Positions 59,210 to 64,000 of a DNA stretch of 64,000 nt are shown here, one piece after another. The notes beneath the pieces are model-generated. The model was not told the origin of the DNA. It saw only the letters and a program-made list of their open reading frames with translations, and made no database searches. The stretch is from an uncultured Actinomycetes bacterium (GTDB lineage Bacteria; Actinomycetota; Actinomycetes; Streptosporangiales; Streptosporangiaceae): positions 55,390-119,389 of the forward strand of contig CAWCUJ010000046.1 of the NCBI GenBank assembly GCA_963798675.1, written 5' to 3'. Both the position numbers and the translations under genes were made by a program. Position 1 is the first letter of the stretch, and the number at the start of each line of letters is the position of its first letter.

Positions 59210-60277
59210 TCAGGGGGTGTCTGGTGCGGCGGGGAAGATGCGAACGCTGCCGGGGGGGATTGTTACGGTGATCGGTTCGCCGGGCTTGGGGCGGAGCGTT
59301 TCGAGGTCCCGGTGCAGCAGGAGTGCTGTCACGGGCGGGTCGGCGGCGAGGGTGATGCGGGCAAGGGGCCGGGTGGGGAGGATCTGCGCGGCCGGGGCGG
59401 TGAGGCGGGCGGCTGCTCGCGTTCCGGCGGGTGGCGTGCCGAGGAGCAGGTCTTCGGGCCGGTAGAAGATGCGCACCGGACCTTGGATTCCTAGTGGTGC
59501 CGCGCCGGAGAGGTAGAGCTGGCCGGTGCTGACGGTGCCGCGGTCGGCGGTGCCGGGTCCGAGCTCGGTCCAGCCGAGCAGGCGGGCGGTCTCCGGGTCG
59601 GCGGGGGCGGCGGTGACCTGGCTGGTCGGGCCGGCCTGGCGGAACTGGCCGCCAATGATGATGGTCAGGTCGTTGCTGATGCTCAGTGCTTCGTCGCGGT
59701 CGTGGGTCACGTGCACGGCGGGGATGTCCAGGGCGGCCAGCAGCTGCTGGAGCAGCGCGCGCAGGTCTTCGCGGGTGGGCTGGTCGAGCGCGGACAGGGG
59801 CTCATCGAGCAGCAGCAGGCCGGGCTGGATGGCCAGCGCCCGGGCGAGGGCGACCCGCTGGCGTTCGCCGCCGGACAGCGATCGCGGGGATCGGTCGGCC
59901 AGTGGCGTGATGGCCAGGCGGTCGAGCAGCGGATCGGTGCCGGCGGCCGGGGGCTGGCGGCGGGCCTTCGGCCCGAACCGGATGTTCCCGGCGACGGACA
60001 GGTGCGGGAACAGGGCGGCGTCCTGGAAGACCAGGCCGATGCGGCGCCGTTCGGGAGGCAGGGCGGTGATGTCGGTTCCGGCCAGGGTGATCCGGCCGGA
60101 GCGGTGCGGGCGGAGCCCGGCGATGGTTTCCAGGAGCATGGTCTTGCCGGCCCCGGACGGGCCGAGGACGGCCAGGACCTGGCCGGGGGCGATGGTCAGG
60201 CTGACCGGGCCGAGGCGGAAGGATCCGGCCTGGCCGGTCAGGTCGCTGACGGCAAGACCGCGGTCAGCCGTAGGCAC
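59210..60277 (-). CDS. ABC transporter ATP-binding protein (molybdate/tungstate/sulfate type, TOBE-like C-terminus)
   Basis: GPSGAGKT, LSGGERQRVALARAL and LLLLDEPLSALD. Confidence 0.85.
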   Translation of the reverse strand: MPTADRGLAVSDLTGQAGSFRLGPVSLTIAPGQVLAVLGPSGAGKTMLLETIAGLRPHRSGRITLAGTDITALPPERRRIGLVFQDAALFPHLSVAGNIRFGPKARRQPPAAGTDPLLDRLAITPLADRSPRSLSGGERQRVALARALAIQPGLLLLDEPLSALDQPTREDLRALLQQLLAALDIPAVHVTHDRDEALSISNDLTIIIGGQFRQAGPTSQVTAAPADPETARLLGWTELGPGTADRGTVSTGQLYLSGAAPLGIQGPVRIFYRPEDLLLGTPPAGTRAAARLTAPAAQILPTRPLARITLAADPPVTALLLHRDLETLRPKPGEPITVTIPPGSVRIFPAAPDTP

Positions 60278-61094
60278 GGTTGATCCGGGTCAGCAGGCGG
60301 CCCGAGGCCAGGGTGCGGAAGACCAGGAATGTGGACAGCGTGACGATCAGCAGGACGACGGCGGCCGCGGCGGACTGGGTGAGTCCTGATTGCAGGAACA
60401 GGGTGTAGATCTGGACCGGGGCGGTGGCCGGGTAGTAGGCGATGATGACCACGGCGCCGAACTCGCTGATCGAGCGGGCGTACACCAGGACAGCCCCGGT
60501 CAGCACGCCGCGTAGCCCCAGCGGCAGGGTGACGCGGCGGAAGGTGTGCCACGGGGTGGCGCCCAGGTTACGGGCGGCCAGCTCGAGCCGGGGGTCGATG
60601 GCCTCGAACGCGACGCGGGCGCTGTTGACCGCGAACGGCACGCTGACGAACAGCATCGCGGCGATGATGCCCAGCTGGGTCCCGTAAAACGAGATCCCGA
60701 GGTGGCCGGCCGGGCCGCCGACCCAGCCGGTGCGGCCGAGCAGGAACAGCAGCGCGATGCCGGCCACGGTGTGCGGCACCACCAGGGGCAGGTCGACCAC
60801 GGCCTGGATCAGGCCGCGGCCGCGGAAGGTGCCGCGGGCGAGCAGCCAGGCCAGCGGCACCCCGAACACGGTCGCGATCGCCGCGGTGATCCCCGCGGCC
60901 TGCAGGCTGAGCAGCGTGGCGTCGCGGATCGCGGCGGTGGTGGCGGCCTGCCGCAGGCTGGCCACCGGCGAGGTGGCCGCCAGCCGCACGATCGGCAGCA
61001 CGATGAAGGCCAGCAGCAGGCCGCCGAGTGTCCACATCACGGCCCCGAACCAGCCGCCGGGCCAGCATCGGGCCGGCGCCCCCGCCGGGTTCAC
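60264..61094 (-). CDS. ABC transporter permease (ModB/WtpB-like)
   Basis: EAARNLGA-type loop (ELAARNLGATPWHTFRRVTLPL) and ARSISEFGAVVIIAYYP. Confidence 0.8.
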   Translation of the reverse strand: MNPAGAPARCWPGGWFGAVMWTLGGLLLAFIVLPIVRLAATSPVASLRQAATTAAIRDATLLSLQAAGITAAIATVFGVPLAWLLARGTFRGRGLIQAVVDLPLVVPHTVAGIALLFLLGRTGWVGGPAGHLGISFYGTQLGIIAAMLFVSVPFAVNSARVAFEAIDPRLELAARNLGATPWHTFRRVTLPLGLRGVLTGAVLVYARSISEFGAVVIIAYYPATAPVQIYTLFLQSGLTQSAAAAVVLLIVTLSTFLVFRTLASGRLLTRINRAYG

Positions 61095-61172
61095 GTGCCC
61101 GCTGCGCCGGCCCGCCGCGGTGGTGCCGGTGCCGGACCTGGCGGCGCCGGGCGGGGCGTGCCGGCCGTCGTG

Positions 61173-62201
61173 TCAGGCACCGGAGGCGGGCCACGGCGTG
61201 GTGAGGGCTTTCAGCGGGGCCGGGAGGCTGGCCTGGCTGCTGGCCAGGGCGGGTGAGATGACCACGAACCCGTTGCTGCTCATGATCGCCTGGCCCTGGG
61301 GGCTGAGCACGAAGCTGATGAATTTCTGGCCCAGCGCGGCGTCCGGCGCGGTGCTGGGGATGGTCAGCCCGTAGATGATGGGCTTGGCGGTCAGCGCGCC
61401 GAGTGAGCCGGCGTGGATGGTGACCTTGGCGTAGGCGGCGGCCATCGCGGAGTCGGACAGGTTGATCTGGGCGGGCAGCGCGATGTACTTCAGGTGCTGT
61501 TCCAGCGCGTCGGACCGGTAGATGGCCAGGTAGTCGATCTGGCCGGATTGCAGGGCGGCCAGCAGCGAGGTCTCGGTCTCGGCGACGCTGGAGTCCGGGG
61601 AGTTCTTCAGTACCGCGGCGGACAGGCCTGGGTCGTGGTAGTAGCCCTGGGCGAGCTGGAGCATCTGCAGGATCTGGTAGCCCGACGGGTCGGCGGCGGG
61701 GTTGGACCGGCCGATGTGCACGCCGGGCTCGGCCAGCACCTTGTACCAGTTCGACGCGGACAGCTGGCTGGCGCCCTTGCTGTGGCTGGTGTAGGCGAAG
61801 GTGATCTGGTTCGACACGAAGCCCAGGTACCAGGTGGCGTGGGGCTTGGACGGGTCGGACATGAGCTTGGGGATCAGCGAGTAGTCCGCCACGCCGAGCA
61901 CGTCGGCGGGCTGGCCGAGCTGGGTGATGTCCTTGACCATGTCCCCGCTCGCGCCGAACTGCGAATGGATGGTCACGCCGGGGTTCTGCTGCTTGAAGGC
62001 CTGCAGTTCCGCCGTGAACGGGGTCGCCAGGGTACCCGCGCCGAACACGGTCAGCGTGCCGGTCGCGCCTGCCGTGCTGCTCGCGCTGGCGGCCGGGCTG
62101 CTGCTCGTGGTGCTGCTGCTAGTGCTGCTGCAGGCTGCGGTCAGGGCCAGGACCAGCCCGGCGGCGGCCGCGAGTCCGCTGTGGCGCAGTCCGCGGTTCA
62201 T
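61173..62201 (-). CDS. Lipoprotein substrate-binding protein (molybdate/tungstate-type)
   Basis: Start MNRGLRHSGLAAAAGLVLALTAACSS (lipobox). VFGAGTLATPF and NPAADPSGYQ. The ORF-track extension to 63137 is a shadow. Confidence 0.8.
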   Translation of the reverse strand: MNRGLRHSGLAAAAGLVLALTAACSSTSSSTTSSSPAASASSTAGATGTLTVFGAGTLATPFTAELQAFKQQNPGVTIHSQFGASGDMVKDITQLGQPADVLGVADYSLIPKLMSDPSKPHATWYLGFVSNQITFAYTSHSKGASQLSASNWYKVLAEPGVHIGRSNPAADPSGYQILQMLQLAQGYYHDPGLSAAVLKNSPDSSVAETETSLLAALQSGQIDYLAIYRSDALEQHLKYIALPAQINLSDSAMAAAYAKVTIHAGSLGALTAKPIIYGLTIPSTAPDAALGQKFISFVLSPQGQAIMSSNGFVVISPALASSQASLPAPLKALTTPWPASGA

Positions 62202-62313
62202 AGCTGCCCTCCTGCTGCTGAGGTAGTACAGATCGGTGCAGAGCCTACAGCCGCCCGGGCGGATGCGAGCAAGACGAGACCGCACTGCAACCCCCGGCGG
62301 TAACATCCCGGAC

Positions 62314-63228
62314 ATGACGCGGTACCTCCAGGTCAGCAGCGACATCGCGGAGCGCGTCGCGGCGGGGATGCTGGCGGCCGGGGAGGAGCTGCCGAGCATC
62401 CGCCAGGCCGCGCAGCGGTATGACACCACGGCCACGACCATCGGCCGCGCCTGGCGGCACCTCGCCGACGCCGGCGTGATCGAGGTGCCGGACCGCCGCC
62501 GCGCCCGGGTCGCGGCCGGAGCCGACGCCGCGGCCCGGCGGCTGCTCGGCGGGCACCCGGCGCTGCGCCTGGCCGGCAGCGATGACCCCGGCCTGGACAT
62601 CGCGCTGCGCCGCGCCGGGGCGGCCGTGGTCACCGTCGGCGCGCGCGGCAGCTTCCACGGCCTGACCCGGATCTGGCGCGGCACCGCCGACGCCGCGGCC
62701 ATCCACCTGCGGCACCGCTCCGGTGACGGCAACAGCCCGTTCGCCCGCTCCCTTCTCCGCGGCCGGCAGCCCGCGATCATCCACCTGTGGCGCCGCGAGC
62801 AGGGCCTGCTGGTACCGCCGGGCAACCCCGGCCGCGTCAGCGGCCCGGGCGGCCTGCGGGGCCTGCGGATCGCCCGCCGCCCATTCGGCACCGGGACACG
62901 CGTGCTGCTGGACCGGCTGCTGGCCGACGCCGGGATCCCGCCCGCCTCCGTCACCGGACCCGACGCGGCCTCCCACCTGGAAGTCGCCATGACCATCGCC
63001 GCGGGCCAGGCCGACGCCGGGCTGGGCGTGCGCGCGGCCGCCACCGCGCTGGATCTCGGCTTCGTCCCGGTCACCTGGGAAGACTTCGACATCGTGCTCA
63101 GCGGCGATGCCCTGCCCGCAGCCAGGCCGCTGATCACCGCGCTACACGACCCGCACGTGCAGTCCGCGGTGAACTCCCTCGGCGGCTATGACCTGTCCCG
63201 GGCCGGCGCCGTGCACCTGCTCGGCTGA
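62314..63228 (+). CDS. HTH regulator fused to a periplasmic-binding-protein-like domain
   Basis: N-terminal GntR-like HTH (LPSIRQAAQRYDTTATTIGRAWRHLADAGVI) plus a PBP-like C-terminus. Divergent from the transporter operon. Confidence 0.7.
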   Translation: MTRYLQVSSDIAERVAAGMLAAGEELPSIRQAAQRYDTTATTIGRAWRHLADAGVIEVPDRRRARVAAGADAAARRLLGGHPALRLAGSDDPGLDIALRRAGAAVVTVGARGSFHGLTRIWRGTADAAAIHLRHRSGDGNSPFARSLLRGRQPAIIHLWRREQGLLVPPGNPGRVSGPGGLRGLRIARRPFGTGTRVLLDRLLADAGIPPASVTGPDAASHLEVAMTIAAGQADAGLGVRAAATALDLGFVPVTWEDFDIVLSGDALPAARPLITALHDPHVQSAVNSLGGYDLSRAGAVHLLG

Positions 63229-63335
63229 CCAGCGGCGCAGATCCCCGCAGCCGCGCTATCACACCCAGAACTGGAGACAGAGCCCGTGCCCAATCGCATT
63301 TGCTAAGTCCAGACTTATAAGCTTAGACTTAACAT

Positions 63336-63773
63336 ATGACTGAGGACCCCGACGTCCGCGAAGTCGCCGCCGCGCTGCGCGTCAGCATCGGCCTGCTCCT
63401 GCGGCGGATGCGGCAGGCCCGGGTCGAGGGTGAGCTCACCGTGCCGGAGACGGCGGCGCTCGCGCGGCTGGACCGTAGCGGGCCTGCCACCTCGAGCGCG
63501 CTGGCCAAGCTCGAGCAGATCAGCCCCCAGTCGATGGGCGCCACGCTGAGCGCGCTCGAGGCGCGCGGCCTGGTCGGGCGGGGGCCGGACGCGCGGGACG
63601 GCAGGCGGGTGGTCCTCTCGGTCACCGAGGCTGGCCGGCAGATCCTGCGGAACAAGCGCGACGCGCGCACCGAGCAGCTGGCCCAGGCCCTGTCGGCCGG
63701 GTTCACCCGGGCCGAGCTCGGCCAGCTGACGGCGGCCGCGCCGCTGCTCGAGCGCCTGGCCCAGTGCATCTGA
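63336..63773 (+). CDS. MarR-family transcriptional regulator
   Basis: LTVPETAALARLDRSGPATSSALAKLEQISPQSMGATLSALEARGLV...DGRRVVLSVTEAG. Confidence 0.85.
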   Translation: MTEDPDVREVAAALRVSIGLLLRRMRQARVEGELTVPETAALARLDRSGPATSSALAKLEQISPQSMGATLSALEARGLVGRGPDARDGRRVVLSVTEAGRQILRNKRDARTEQLAQALSAGFTRAELGQLTAAAPLLERLAQCI

Positions 63774-63786
63774 TGGGGAGCGTCTG

Positions 63787-64000
63787 ATGCGGTCGGCCGC
63801 CCGGACCGGGCAGGAGACCGCCCAGGATGACCGTTACAAGTGGGTCGCGCTGGCGAACACCACCGCGGCCATGTTCATGGCGACGCTCGACGGGTCGATC
63901 GTCATCATCGCGTTGCCGGCCATCTTCCGCGGCATCCACCTGGACCCGCTGGCGCCGGGCAACATCAGTTACCTGCTGTGGATGATCATGGGGTACCGGC
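63787..64000 (+). CDS. MFS (DHA2/EmrB-like) transporter, 5' part; runs off the right edge
   Basis: KWVALANTTAAMFMATLDGSIVIIALPAI. Typical partner of the upstream MarR gene. Confidence 0.75.
   Translation, partial: MRSAARTGQETAQDDRYKWVALANTTAAMFMATLDGSIVIIALPAIFRGIHLDPLAPGNISYLLWMIMGYR

Noticed and set aside
62202-62313. Moco/Tuco riboswitch upstream of the molybdate/tungstate-type transporter
   Set aside because: The spacer is short (about 110 nt), is shared with a divergent regulator gene, and shows no recognisable Moco motif features.
62202-63137. Extension of the substrate-binding-protein ORF to 654 aa
   Set aside because: The upstream part is antisense to the well-supported regulator gene (62314..63228) and is compositionally junk. 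The lipoprotein signal peptide starts at the ATG at 62201.

Overview
A 64-kb window of a very GC-rich (about 70% by eye) actinobacterial chromosome. Markers for that assignment are the mycothiol ligase mshC, Cheo-type SOS boxes around lexA, nrdR-nrdJ, DUF4192 genes and a bfaAB-like pair. Housekeeping genes (lysS, msrA, tRNA-His, orn, mshC, leuS, lexA, nrdR, nrdJ) are interleaved with accessory or rearranged patches. (1) 11.1-16.4 kb: a block bracketed by a 52-bp direct repeat. It carries a PqqD-like/M50/discoidin-like membrane protease, a 77-aa peptide gene and a secreted CxxC protein. (2) 22.7-29.9 kb: a duplicated DUF4192 locus with conserved palindromic operators, a 1.9-kb ORF-poor lower-GC stretch, and a 1.9-kb low-GC two-gene cassette inserted cleanly into the second DUF4192 copy. 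(3) 46.2-58.1 kb: an island bounded by integrase and recombinase remnants. It holds Fic, two VapBC-type modules, a second LexA, and a tightly coupled S8 peptidase / ECF sigma / 170-aa protein / TPR-CHAT protease operon. My best candidates for an undescribed system are the low-GC cassette, the CHAT-sigma-S8 operon and the peptide/M50 locus. Other notable points: nrdJ carries two LAGLIDADG inteins plus a 1-nt frameshift near its 3' end, and a KS-AT protein has lost every catalytic residue. No rRNA, CRISPR array or intact transposase was seen. All functional calls come from reading motifs by eye; no database search was run. Hand-derived coordinates may be off by 1-2 nt.
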